Part shown: positions 52,232 to 64,000 of the stretch, one piece after another | How positions within the stretch are numbered: position 1 is the first letter of the stretch | Layout: every line of letters starts with the position of its first letter | From: Lingula anatina | Taxonomy: Eukaryota; Animalia; Brachiopoda | Length of the DNA stretch: 64,000 nt | Assembly (NCBI GenBank): GCA_051362555.1 | Contig: CM120644.1 | Span: forward strand, 16,700,534-16,764,533 | Reading direction: 5' to 3' | Made by a program: the position numbers and the translations under genes | The notes under the pieces: model-generated | The model's database searches: none | What the model saw: only the letters and a program-made list of their open reading frames with translations | Told to the model about the DNA's origin: nothing

Positions 52232-53909
52232 CTAAGGTCGAATGAATGTACTGTCACAGAAAAGACAGCGTTTTCATTCAATCTTACGGTACAGTTTTAA
52301 AGGAAAACGTTAAGTTTTACACGTTTACTGAATTGTCTTGTATATTGTAAACATTCATAGGTAATTTTCCCAAACAGAATTAATATTTTAACTATGTAGA
52401 AATAAAACAGAAATATAAAAAACTGAGTAAAATAATTAAAAAGAATTGGTCTATATTTGTATTACATAAAGTTTCTCTTGATTTGAAAATTCTGAAAGAA
52501 AATGTTGGCACGTTGTTTCATTAAATCACTTTTAATGACCGGTAATTGGATATAACTTACTAAACGAAAGTCATAAAGAAAATTTACAACATGTGAAAAA
52601 ATGAATTCAACTTATTATAAATTACCTAAGATATTTTATCTTAGACAACGATCTGTGGTCGTCAGCGCCGGGCAGTGAGAAACTGTAATATCCAGCACAG
52701 CTTCTACGGTGAAGGCTTCTTGTGCGCCGTAGACATCGATGGCCAGTCGTCTTGGTCTCAGGACACGGCGAGAAGAGACCCTACGTAGTATTCAACACAG
52801 TCACTGTAACTAGATAGAGTGATTGCGACAGTTGTGATTGCGATAGTAGCGTAAGTGTAAAATGTAAAGAATATAACGAAAATAGCACTTACCTAAGTGC
52901 ATTTAGTACATTTAGTGCATGATAGCCCTTGCGGCAAACATATAAATTTTCCTCTCTGTGTGGTGCATTTGGGAAGCTGTCAATGAGGTGAAAGCCACCC
53001 TTCACGGCTCTAACCTCGACTGGAGTTGACGGGAATCTGATGGTGAGAGCAGGGTCTCTGCTCTCCAAGATGGCTCCCACCACATTGTGAACTGAACGCG
53101 ACACAGAGGCTGCGGAGATCCCAAGGCTGTCTCCAATCACAGCCTGAAAGCTCCCCGTCGCAAGCACGCCAAGACAGGCAAGAACTTGTGTGGTGGGGGA
53201 GAGTGCTTGGGACTTGCTGTTCTACGCTGCAGCTGGCCTTCGATCTTCTCCGTCAGCAGTCTGATGCCCCTCTTGGACAGCCTGTACCTCCTCAGTACTC
53301 CTCTCTCTGTCTGCTCTTCTAAGACGTCTCGTCGCGGCATGTAAATTCGCCTACTTTCGTTTCGAAAGACAAGAAAAGCTGCAGCCATTGCGTTACGCGA
53401 ACGCCAAGTTACGCATGCGCAAAGACTTAGCGACTGGGTTGGAGCTGTACCAAATATCTTGCGCAAATAGCGCATGATTTTGAACAAAATTACATTGCAA
53501 AACGTTCTTGCAAGGGTCTGTTCTCAAAAAGGGACTTTGCGCAATTGCGCAAATTGCGAAACGTTTTGTGAAAGCCGGCCCTGGTTCGTTTTTGAAAAAC
53601 GAAACTGGAAACTTGACACTAATTTCAGCCCCTACTTATCACCTGATGTAAAGGAGGCGCAACTAACGCTTTGGATGTGAAAGCTACTGATACTGGAAAA
53701 TACCTATGGAACCCCCAAATCAAGAAAGAGGGGGGTCTACGCGGGTTTCTGGGTTTCATGGCTTAAATAATACTATGGGATCCAGGCACATCGCTCGAAA
53801 AGATTAATACAGTAGACAAAGATAATTTACAGCAATGTGTGGGTTTTGTTACTCTTTTTCATCAGTGCACCACTGAAATATGTACAAAATCGCATTGCTT
53901 TTTCACGCT

Positions 53910-53950
<41 letters not shown>

Positions 53951-54376
53951 GACTTCTTACGCACCCTGTGGGCAGTGAGTAGGGTTTTGTCTCGTTTTGT
54001 TTGCAGGATTGTTTATTGAATTTGCATCAATTTATTACTTTGTTCTTCTTTTTCTCTACTGTTCTTTACCAAATTTGATAATGAGACTAAGTATTGTTTT
54101 GATTGGGCTTGTTTCAACATGGTATTAAAACAGATTTACACTAACATAATCTAACATAATGAGTGCATAAAAAAGGGGGAGCGTTTCAAATGTCTACTTG
54201 ATAATGCGTATCGGTAAATGGACTAATGGTTTGTTACGAACTTAATTGTTTATATAAAATAAACACTTAAGTATTCTATTCCAGTTAATAAATGCAAGTG
54301 ACTAGCATTGGCGATTACTGTTCATGTGCCCAGTTAACGCAGTGCCGGTTGAACAGTGGAGAAGTTCTAACCCTCC
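52232..54376 (+). repeat. older partial third copy of the deaminase upstream region, interrupted by a Harbinger fragment
   Basis: 52232-52800 resembles 30841-31430 and ~54015-54376 resembles ~32186-32457. No deaminase exons follow. Confidence 0.7.
52889..53580 (-). mobile_element. decayed PIF/Harbinger transposon with HARBI1-like transposase pseudogene
   Basis: ATG 53388: ...RRYRLSKRGIRLL..., frameshift, then LATGSFQAVIGDSLGISAASVSRSV...IRFP...GFHLIDSFPN / YVCRKGYHALNV. The GAIDGTH catalytic segment is deleted. Terminus GGCCGGCTTTCACAAA at 53580 with a CAG flank. Confidence 0.85.
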
Positions 54377-57300
54377 AAAATAAAATCATCGTTTCTTTCA
54401 AACAGACAAATTAACCATGACACGCAACTTCGCAATAACAAAAAACAACAGTAAAATTACTCCATCCACTATGCTTATAACCGAAAATGTGAAAGAGCAA
54501 CCTACATGCATGTTAACACAGTTATAAAATATAACAGCTTATCAACCCTTGCTAAACTAGTGATCATAGACTCCAAATCGAAAATGGGCTGCACACCAGG
54601 CCGATAACTGAAAGGTGTGACAAAATCAAGAGGGGAATTGAAGATGAATGCCATTTTATACTTCAATGCCCGATGTATAAAACAGACCGTGGGGTCATCT
54701 TTAGTACAATCACAATCCTATATTAAATCATTGTTACCGTATGCTGCATGATATATGTTAATGATAAATACGTAAATACCCCAAGAAGTTGTATTCCACC
54801 GTTAATTAGAATATTTTATCAGTAATTTAACTAGCACATCTGAACAGGGGCGGATCCAGAGATATTTTCTGACAGTCTTTCAAATTATTTTTGGCGATCC
54901 CTCTTCCATTTTTGACCATCTTCCGACAGGAAAAATTAGATACCCATCAACGTAAACTTGAAAATCTCCTTTGAATATAACTTCATTGGTTGTAAATTAG
55001 GGAACAGAAATATTTTGACAGAAATAGTGCATAAATCGAATTTACACAATTCCAAATGGTCAAAATATTTAAGCTCCATTGGTTGTAAAAAAAAAAAGAG
55101 AAACACTGATCTTTGAGATCACATATCGAGGTTTACAGGAGCGATGGTTAAATCTAGAATGGTAATTTGGACCGCCAACATTTCTCAAATGAGCTGGAAA
55201 AGCATTCATACAAAAATCGTAATATTTAACCGCCAAAAACAGATCTAGGGTCCATATAGATTCAGTGAGTCTCTATCAAATACTTTATCCATAATTTATC
55301 CATGCAATGAGCAATATATTCACGTATGTTTGCTGTCTAATAGCTGTTCATTTTGATTTTATAAAAGCACTAAAAGAAATAAAATAGTTTTATGAAATTC
55401 ATGCACATGTTCTTAAATTACTAGCTCTAATATTTATCATTTTATAACTCGACGCTGTGTCGACTGTTGACCAGTGTTATAAGATTTTTCAACGAAGATG
55501 AAACATTTTAAAGACTAACTTAATAAAGCATTGATAAAATCTTTTAAAAAAATCGAGTGTTTTTATAACAACTAGGACGTTGCATCCTTTAACTCATAGC
55601 TTCCATACAAAACAAATCCGCAGACAAAAATGAATGTTTTATTGACAACAAATGACAAATTCTTATGGCCATTACTTCATAATATATGAACATATTTTAT
55701 ATATCATGTCATATCAAATTATATAATATCATATTAAACAAAAATACATTGTAAGGGGTACATTAAAATATACCAGCACATATTATCACGTACATTAACA
55801 GCATTGATAACATGCAGTTTTCTCATGATTCTGTCGACCACAGAGCTACATGTAGGAACAGATAAAATGTTTTTACAAATTTATATTTCATTAATATTCA
55901 TATAAATATATGCATATTATTTCAATACGATATTCACCAGGTTATAATGTTACTACACGTGTAACCATTATCCCGCCCTTTCTTGGTACAAGGTATCTTA
56001 ATATTTTAAAATATCAGCTTCTGGGGCCGTATTTCAACTTGGACCCATCTTAATGTTCATTTCATAGTTCACAATACAATAACTCAACTGAACAAAGGGA
56101 ATCAGCTGTTGAATAATACCTGGTAAATAGAATATCTGGAATATTTGCAAATACGTTAGGTCTATGCTTAAACCTTAAATTTCATTTTTTTTTAAATTGC
56201 TATTGATAAATGGAACTGTTTTTAATTGAAAACACAGCAAATGCCACCATTCAACCTTAAAATTTGATAAGAACACTGACGCATAAAACCACGCACACAG
56301 ACAGATTCAGGATAACAGCAAGGAGGAGACCCATAATGTCACCACTAAAATGAGGACTTTGTTTTAAAAATTTATGGACATTTTGGTCTAGGTCAGATTG
56401 AGTCTGCCATGTTTTGGGGAGAGATGGGCATGGTCTCACAGGTCACTAATCTGTATATACTTACGACATAGATAATTAAAACATCAAAACCTGGTAGTTC
56501 AAAAATTCCATTTTCATTTTCATTTTCATTTGATTAAGCGATTCCGTTAATTCTATTAATTTTGTGAAAAAAGTCGTCAGCCAAGTTAATGAAACGTCAA
56601 GCACATATATCTTCCACATATACAAGTATGTGTACGATATCTTATGATAATATGTATTGGTAGTTGTATATTTGTAAAATACATGTATTTTAATCAATTT
56701 TAGCTTCCATTCTAACATTTGAAATTGTGCACTTAAGATCTGTTCTGATGTACGAGAACTAAGCTGTTGCTACTTAATCTAGATCTATATTTTAATATAT
56801 TTTATATTTTATATTATATTTTAATATATTTTATATTTTATATATATTTTAAAACAACACACTTCATATCCTTCCAACCACAAGAAAAGAAAGAAAAAAT
56901 CATCGTTCTTGTGCCGATTAAATTACCGGTAAGTTTTTATGTAATTAGGTGAAGTAAATCTTCGCCACATAGTTGAGGATGAATGTGAGTTTTGAATCAA
57001 TTTCCGAGAAATCACAGTGGTATTTAAAAGTTAGAAAAAAGCAGGAAAATCAGAACGCTTGTATTAAGTCTGGAAAGCCCTAATAAGTCTTGAGGAGATA
57101 CATGTTTCGCATGATATAGATATAGGCTAGGGTGCACCACAAGATTGAACTGTAAAGTCCCGACAAGTCTCGGAAAGATATCACATAATATACATGTAGG
57201 CCTACATATAGACATCGGATGCACAACGGCATTGAACTGGAAGTCTACGTCATGTTTTGGAGAGGTATTATTTGAACTGGTTTGGACTGGTATCTCTGTT

Positions 57301-57655
57301 TGGTAGAAAAATTGATAAGGATATTGTCTGGTTTCTCAGCTTGTCTCGGTATGACGAAACAGGGTTCGCGTAACAGAGAGTCCGCCCCCCATTGGATTCA
57401 TGCAAGTAAGGATTAGTATGACGTAATTACACGGATAAAATCCTACGGCGGAGCTTACCTAAGCACAAATCAATGCACATCGGCGGCCTCTATCACAGGG
57501 GAGTCCCTAGTACGAGACACTGATAATAAAAACACTTATAAAAAAATCGTCATCAATAATCTCGTCCCCACTCATTTTTATGGTTATCATGCATCCTCAA
57601 AAGAGAACATAGCATTATAAAACCATGTATCAAAAATTGGAAACCTTAGACTCTA

Positions 57656-60600
57656 TTAAAATTTGTAATTAAGCTTGAAATCCGAACCAATAACACTTAA
57701 TAATCGACTTGCTTGGTCAAATTTGCCTTTAACTATCAATTCAGTGACAATATATTTTCTCATATTCATCAGAACTTTTTGTAATATCTTCAATTTTACC
57801 GAATAGATATTCAAATCCAGAAATTTAATTTTAAAATGGTTGGGTGGGAAATGCTCTTCATAGAATTCACGAGCTTTCTCAAAACACGTAAGTGTGCGAA
57901 TGTCGGTAACCTTTCCAAGAAGTAGTGTAGTGCCAACATTCGAGTATGCCCCAGCAGTGTCATGATGTTTCTCACCAAATACTTCTTTACTAGCGTTAAG
58001 AGCTTCTTCAGCATATTCAAGTGCCTCTGTGTAATTACCCATGGCGATCAATGCACAGGCCATGTTGTGGTATAAGAGGATGGTATCAGGGTGTTTCTTG
58101 CCAAGTAAGTCTAACCTTACTCCAAGAGATTTCTTATAGTATACAAGAGCCTTTGCTGGCTCACCTATCTCACTAAGTGCAAAACCTTTATTGCTGTATT
58201 CACTGGCGGTGTCAAGGTGTTTGAAACCAAGGACATTTTCCCGAACTTTAAGACATTTATCATAGAATGCAAGTGCTTCTCTATACTTACCCATGTGTGC
58301 AAGCGTCAAACCCATACTGCTATAAGTATCAGCAGTATCCGGATGATCGGAGCCAAGGACTTCCTCCCTGCACTCAAGACATTTGTGTAAATATCCTAAT
58401 GCTTTTTTATACTTACCCATGGAACCCATTAACTTGCCGATGCTGTAGTATATAGCAGCTGTTTCAGGATGCTTCGGGCCCATGAGCTCTGTCATAATGT
58501 CAAGGCTTTCACTGTAACGTTTGTTTGCCTCGTTTTCCTTACCAATTCTCGTTAGTATATCACCTATGTTTGTACTTGCTCTTACAGTCTCAATGTGCTT
58601 TGAGCTAAATACTTCTTTTAAAATTGCATGAGATTTCTTAAAATATGGTAATGCTTCTGTTTTCTCATCCATTTGGCTTAATGTGCTACCAATATTGTTG
58701 TATGCTTTGGCAGTTACAGGGTGTTTGTGGCCAAGAACTTTTTCAAATACTGCAAGGCATTTCTTGTGATAATCGAGTGCTTCTATATACATCCCCATTT
58801 CTTTATAAGCATTGCCCATATTGGTGTAAGCCGAAGCAGTATGAATGTTATCGGAACCAAGAGATCCCTCCAAGATATCAATACTTTTCTGATGGAATGT
58901 TATTGCTTCTTTGTAACTACCCATTTCTTTCAGCAACATGCCAAGTGCGTCATATCTGAGGGCGGTATTAGGATGTTGGGGACCAAACACTTTCTCAAAG
59001 ACCTCAATACTTTTTTTTCGATAGGTAAGTGCTTCTTCATACTTACCCATGAACCCCAGTGTGCATGCGATTGTGCTATATGTAGAGGCAATATCAGGAT
59101 GGTCGGACCGAAGGTTTTCTTCCTGAACTTTGAGACATTTTTTCAAATATGAAAATGACTTTTCATACTCACCCATTACCATCAGGGCATTGCCTATTTT
59201 GCTGTAAGCTAGAGCCATCTCGAGTTGTGTGCATCTTTGAGACTTTAGCATGATATCAACACTTCTTTGATAATATTTGCAGGCATCTTTATATTCCCCC
59301 ATCCCAAAAAGTGTATCGCCAATGGGCATATACACGATTGCACCAAATGGTCGCAATGCACCTTCTTGCACCAACGTTTCTAACGGTTTAAGCATAGTTA
59401 AGGCTTCAGAATATAGGAATAGATTAAGTAATACATGGGCAATGCACGACAAATTTTTGAGTGTAATTTTTTCGTCGGGTGGTTTGCTGTTTCTGAGTTG
59501 ATCTGACAGCAAATCAGCAATAACCTTAAGATGTGGCAGAATTTTTCGTGCTGTTTCATACGTTTCCTTAGAAGGAAAGGTATCGAACTCGGATAGAAGC
59601 AGGGGAGTTTGTTTCATGTAATGTTCGCAATATGCATCTTGAATACGAGACATTTCGTTTTGATCTTTCCGTGCTTGTAACTCTGCATAAGCTCTTAAGA
59701 GGGGATGGAGATCATAGACATATGGGTCTGCACTCAGAATGGATTTGTTGGAAAGACTGTCAAGGATAGTTTCACATTCATCCTCTTCTGTTTCCAAAAT
59801 TTCTGAAACTTCTTCCAAAGAAAATGAAACTGGGAAAATATACAAAGCCCGGAACAATTTTTGTTCTTCAGTATTCAGCGTTTCGTAATACATATCTAGG
59901 CATGTCATCATTTCTTGAGAAGGTGGAAGATTTGGTACCTTAAAGCTTTCAATGACATTTTTAGTTTTCATCCTATCCAATACTTTTTGTGCAGTTTTTT
60001 TCTTGAGTTGCACTGATAATAATTTCAGTGCAAGGGGATTTCCCCCACATTTTTCTGCAATTTCACCTAACAATATTGACTCACTATCGGTTGGACTAGT
60101 GGTTTTTCCTGCCCAAAGGATATCAATCGAGGGGTCCTTATCAAGGGGAGGTACGTCTACGACAGCATTATTATGCGACATGGCACTAAAAGCTTCGCGA
60201 CAAGTACATAATAAAGTGATATGCTTTGTTGAATTCAAAATATCTTGCACCAAGTTGTGAAATTTTTGTAAATCTGACTTAATGACCTCATCATTGTTAT
60301 CAAAAATTATTACGGTGTCTGTAGTCAAACTGGACAAAGTTTGAATGAATTTGTTTTGATAATCACTGTAGACATCTTTCAGGGATGTGATTGGATGGTA
60401 ATGCTGGGCTAGAGATAATTTAACAGATTCAAGTTGGGTAACTTGTCTCATATCAATATACAATACATTTTGCTCTCGATGCCCAGCTTCGATGGCTAGT
60501 GATGTCTTCCCTATACCCCCCATTCCAGTTAAAAGAACAAGTCTGGTTTCACCTGCAATGTGCTGCCGTATTTGTTGTACCAGTTCTTCTCGTCCTTTAA

Positions 60601-62091
60601 GGTCAGCAAGTTTTCCTGGTAATTGTACTGAGAGAAGCTTACATGGAGCAACTGGAAAATCAAACAATAGGAAAACTTTTTTTAAAAAAAATGCCCATCT
60701 TGGCAATATATCTATATGTACATTAAGTTTTATAATTGACGGAATATTACACAATGAAATTTTTTGAATAATGAATTTTAATAAATCCATATTATATTGT
60801 TCCTATGCCAAATATTTATGGTTCTGTTCTTTCTAGCTTTGAAATTTCAATGCTTTTACATCACAGTTATATAGTTACAATCTACTGTTTTGCGACATAA
60901 TGCAAGAAAATCTGTACTGTTTTGCAATAATGTGACCACAACTAATATAAAGGATATGTTGTTCGATTCTGACTGTATATATATAACATATACGATTCAG
61001 TAAGCTTTCACTACAAACACATGTACTTCATTAGACAGCATCACATATAGGGCCATTCAGAATAGATGATCCAAGTACTAACTGATCCGCTGACTACATG
61101 TAAATATGATCGACCGACCACACTTCAAAACGATGCCGTTGATTCCAAATGATCTCCCCGGCTCCACACGCGCCATTAAACGAATTAAATCTTTGCTATG
61201 AGGTTTAATTGCTAGGCCCCTGCAGCGACGGCGAATGTGGAGGCAGGGATACCATCATGGAATAAGTAGTATCGCCTTTGAACTGGGGTGGCCATTCAAG
61301 TGGGTTGGCCATATTAAGTCGGCAAAACAGTTAGCACTCAGGCTGTGTATTCTGAATGGGGCCACAGTTTTTCCTATCCCTTACAGTGGACATGTCAGAA
61401 TTAAGCGCATTAAACATTTATAAAATGATGAAAAGGTAAAGCTAGTTTCTTAAAATTAAGAACTAATCCTCTGTCATTGAACCCCACTGTATGTAAATTT
61501 AAGTAAATTACCTTTAGCTTCCAGTGGCACAATAAGAAGCTTGTCGTAATCATCGGTGGAATATATTGATGACAATGACAAAAGGATATGTTTGAGGTCA
61601 TTAAACTCTGCCTGAAATGTTATATCAGCTATTCCAGGGCTTGCATGCATGTGGTTATTGCGGTATGTCTTCACTCTACCAATGTTGGCCTCAATGGTGG
61701 TGTCTGAAGCTGGTGGGTTTTCCCATTTAGCACCAGGGTTCAAATTTGTGACATTTCTTAAGAAAACCACTGCAAGCGTAATATCTAACTCCTGCAATGT
61801 CGCAGTTGTTGAAGGGCTGCCAAAGGGGTACAGGAGTTTCATTTGTTTCGAATTCATTACATTTCTTTTCTTCAATTGAAGCAACGAGTGTTTAACTTTT
61901 TGATTGTCAAGTATGTCAAAGAGTTTGTCACTTTTACTGGGATCAAATAGCCCTGGGTAAGCTGCTTGTAGCTGAGTCCCGAGAACATCTCGAAGCACGT
62001 CGGTTGCACGTTCTAAGAGCAGTCGCATACGGAAATAATTTTCTTTTTCATTTATTGGGATTTCAGAGGGTATTCCCAGTGTTGCTGCCAT
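57656..62091 (-). CDS. HEPN (DZIP3-like) - NB-ARC/STAND NTPase - TPR protein, 2 coding exons, ~1191 aa
   Basis: Exon 62091-61512 (LDITLAVVFLRN...W..PP..D.TIEANIGRVKTYRNNHMH) joins exon 60651-57656 in phase 1 (AAAG|GTAATT ... TTTCCAG|TT). Exon 2 has GREE, Walker A GMGGIGKTSLA, Walker B IIFDN, CTCRE, CGGNPLAL, YDLHPLLR, then twelve 42-aa TPRs. Confidence 0.88.
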
Positions 62092-62169
62092 GGTAAAACG
62101 GCTGGGTTCTACGAAAAACAATAGTATCTATCTTATTCTATTAAATCAATAAAATGGGTGTTAAATCTT

Positions 62170-62240
<71 letters not shown>

Positions 62241-62709
62241 GAGAGACAGAATCTTTGAGAATTTAACAAATTTCTTTTAATCACGGATGTATGTCGTATA
62301 CTTATCTAAATAATTGAGAAAATTATAATATACGGTATATATAATATGAGATTGTACTTTGTCCATTATAAGCACGCTGGTCAGCTCCGGTCAGCTCCGA
62401 GAAAAGTCAAATTTTAAGATAGAAACACTCAAGTGATTGCATTCAAATTTGGCGTGGGCATTACCTAATGTGCAGGGAGCTTTCAGAAACCAAGCACAGA
62501 GACGACTGTGACCCAGGAATCTAGAAAAAGGTCTTTCAAATCGATTCATAAATCAAGATCGAGACAAAGGTAAAGTTGAAATTTATCAGTTGCAGAGATG
62601 ATTATGTAAGACTGTGTAACTCTCAATTGTGACAGAACACAAAACAAAGACTGCTCACAAGCACCCTGTGTATACAGACGATCTCAAACCTGTTGGCTAA
62701 CTATGCATA

Positions 62710-63750
62710 ATGACGAAAGGCAAAAGAAAGAGCAGAGGAAGTGGAGGATGTGATATGGAGGGTGCGGAAAATCAAGCGAAGAAAGGATGCCAGATAAACA
62801 CCCCGCCCGAAAATAAAGCTACAAGTGAAATTCTACACGAAGCAAATAAAGTGCTACACCATGAAGAAAAAGATGGGGCAGTATTGAAAAGTGACAGGTC
62901 ACCAGTGTTTACACTTGAAAACAATGGGAAAAATACAGACCAGGTGACGAAAGAAGATGGGAAAAAAGAATCTGATGCGGTAGCGGGACTTTCGGATAAA
63001 TTAGACAAGGTAATCACAGTTGTCACAGAGCTTCGAAAAAACCAAGATACACTAAAGAAAATGTTCGAATCTAAATTAGACAGGTTTAAGGAAGAAGTTC
63101 TGATGAACATGAACACTAAAATAAAAGCGCTTGGGGATGAGTTGACCCTAGATATCAACAAAGAATCGGCCAGAATAGATGGGGTGTTAAAATCATTGGA
63201 TGATATACAAGAAAGAATTGAGAAACTAGAGGCAAATGGCATCTCCGATACACCAAGTGGAGGAATATGGGAACCAGAATACCCGCCAGACAAGACATGT
63301 GTGATTAGTGGTATGATAGAAGAATGGGGAGAAAATCTGCAAGGGAAATGTGAGCAGCTGATTAGTAAGGGCCTTGGTCTACGGGATACGGTCCCCATAA
63401 GATGTATGAGAATGAAATCTAGCAGCAATAAACCGGGTCTAATAAAGGTACAGATGAAAACTCATGCCGAAAAACTTGACATTCTTAAAGCAAAAGTCAA
63501 GCTTGGGAAGAAAGGCAGCGGGTATGAAAAAGTGTATATTCGGAGTTATTTAACACCAGAGGAATTGAGTAGGAGGCAGACCACAAGGACGCTTCTGAAT
63601 ATGATGCCTAACGGAAGGGATTACAGGTTAACGCGCAATGGTCGGCTGGAAAAAAGAGATACAAACTTGGTGGAAAGCAGTCTTGAACATCAGAGTGGAT
63701 TGAGTCACGGTGGATCGATTCATGGCAGAGCAAATGGTAGTGCACGCTAG
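62710..63750 (+). CDS. LINE ORF1 (coiled coil plus L1-ORF1-like RRM/CTD region)
   Basis: 346-aa ORF with a long heptad region, then CVISGMIE...KPGLIKVQM...K.DILKAK.KL...VYIRS. It lies directly before an APE domain. Confidence 0.8.
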   Translation: MTKGKRKSRGSGGCDMEGAENQAKKGCQINTPPENKATSEILHEANKVLHHEEKDGAVLKSDRSPVFTLENNGKNTDQVTKEDGKKESDAVAGLSDKLDKVITVVTELRKNQDTLKKMFESKLDRFKEEVLMNMNTKIKALGDELTLDINKESARIDGVLKSLDDIQERIEKLEANGISDTPSGGIWEPEYPPDKTCVISGMIEEWGENLQGKCEQLISKGLGLRDTVPIRCMRMKSSSNKPGLIKVQMKTHAEKLDILKAKVKLGKKGSGYEKVYIRSYLTPEELSRRQTTRTLLNMMPNGRDYRLTRNGRLEKRDTNLVESSLEHQSGLSHGGSIHGRANGSAR

Positions 63751-64000
63751 GAAGAGGCCCAGCTACAAAGAAGCACACTTAAAATTGGGCAGTTGAATGT
63801 GTGTGGTTGGACTATAAGGAACGAGGAATTGAGAAAATGTTTAATTAAGGCTTCGGGCTGTGACATAGTATGCATATGTGAAACTCATCTTATTGGAGAA
63901 AAATCATTAGAGATGGACGGTTATAAGTGGCTAGGTTTAAATAGACAATCTCTACATGTAAGAGCCCCTAAGGGATCAGGGGGGGTTGGTGTTTTGATAA
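63751..64000 (+). mobile_element. LINE ORF2 N-terminus, apurinic-like endonuclease (RTE-X-like, clade tentative), runs off the window
   Basis: LKIGQLNVCGW...DIVCICETHL...MDGYKWLGLNR...APKGSGGVGVLI. Confidence 0.88.

Noticed and set aside
52889-53487. Harbinger transposase as the enzyme that mobilised element M
   Set aside because: It is frameshifted and lacks the first catalytic Asp motif, and Harbingers make 3-bp TSDs, not 5-bp.
60652-60790. Listed Met start of the 1044-aa ORF
   Set aside because: The first ~46 codons are AT-rich intron ending in a polypyrimidine tract and CAG; the N-terminus most likely comes from the HEPN exon.
62772-63428. 218-aa minus-strand ORF
   Set aside because: Ser/Phe/Leu-rich antisense shadow of the purine-rich LINE ORF1.

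Overview
AT-rich, intron-containing animal genomic DNA, probably a marine invertebrate (lophotrochozoan-like; the species cannot be determined from the sequence). Left to right: an alpha-tubulin pseudogene fragment; the T1/BTB exon of a voltage-gated K+ channel; an HHxxxDG acyltransferase with an intronless CDS; and a 17-exon MINDY4 gene head-to-head with an 8-exon MOB4 gene. A tandem segmental duplication (~30.6-50.5 kb) holds two spliced GuaD-like Zn deaminases and an orphan membrane-protein gene. That orphan sits between copies of a 5-bp-TSD MITE in a cointegrate-like arrangement. Further right are a decayed Harbinger transposase, a two-exon HEPN(RxxxxH)-NB-ARC-12xTPR receptor gene and the 5' part of a LINE whose ORF2 follows ORF1 in frame after a single TAG. 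The two strongest candidates for new biology are the HEPN-STAND-TPR receptor and the MITE-mediated gene capture and rearrangement. All exon models were read manually from splice signals and reading-frame continuity; no database searches were run.
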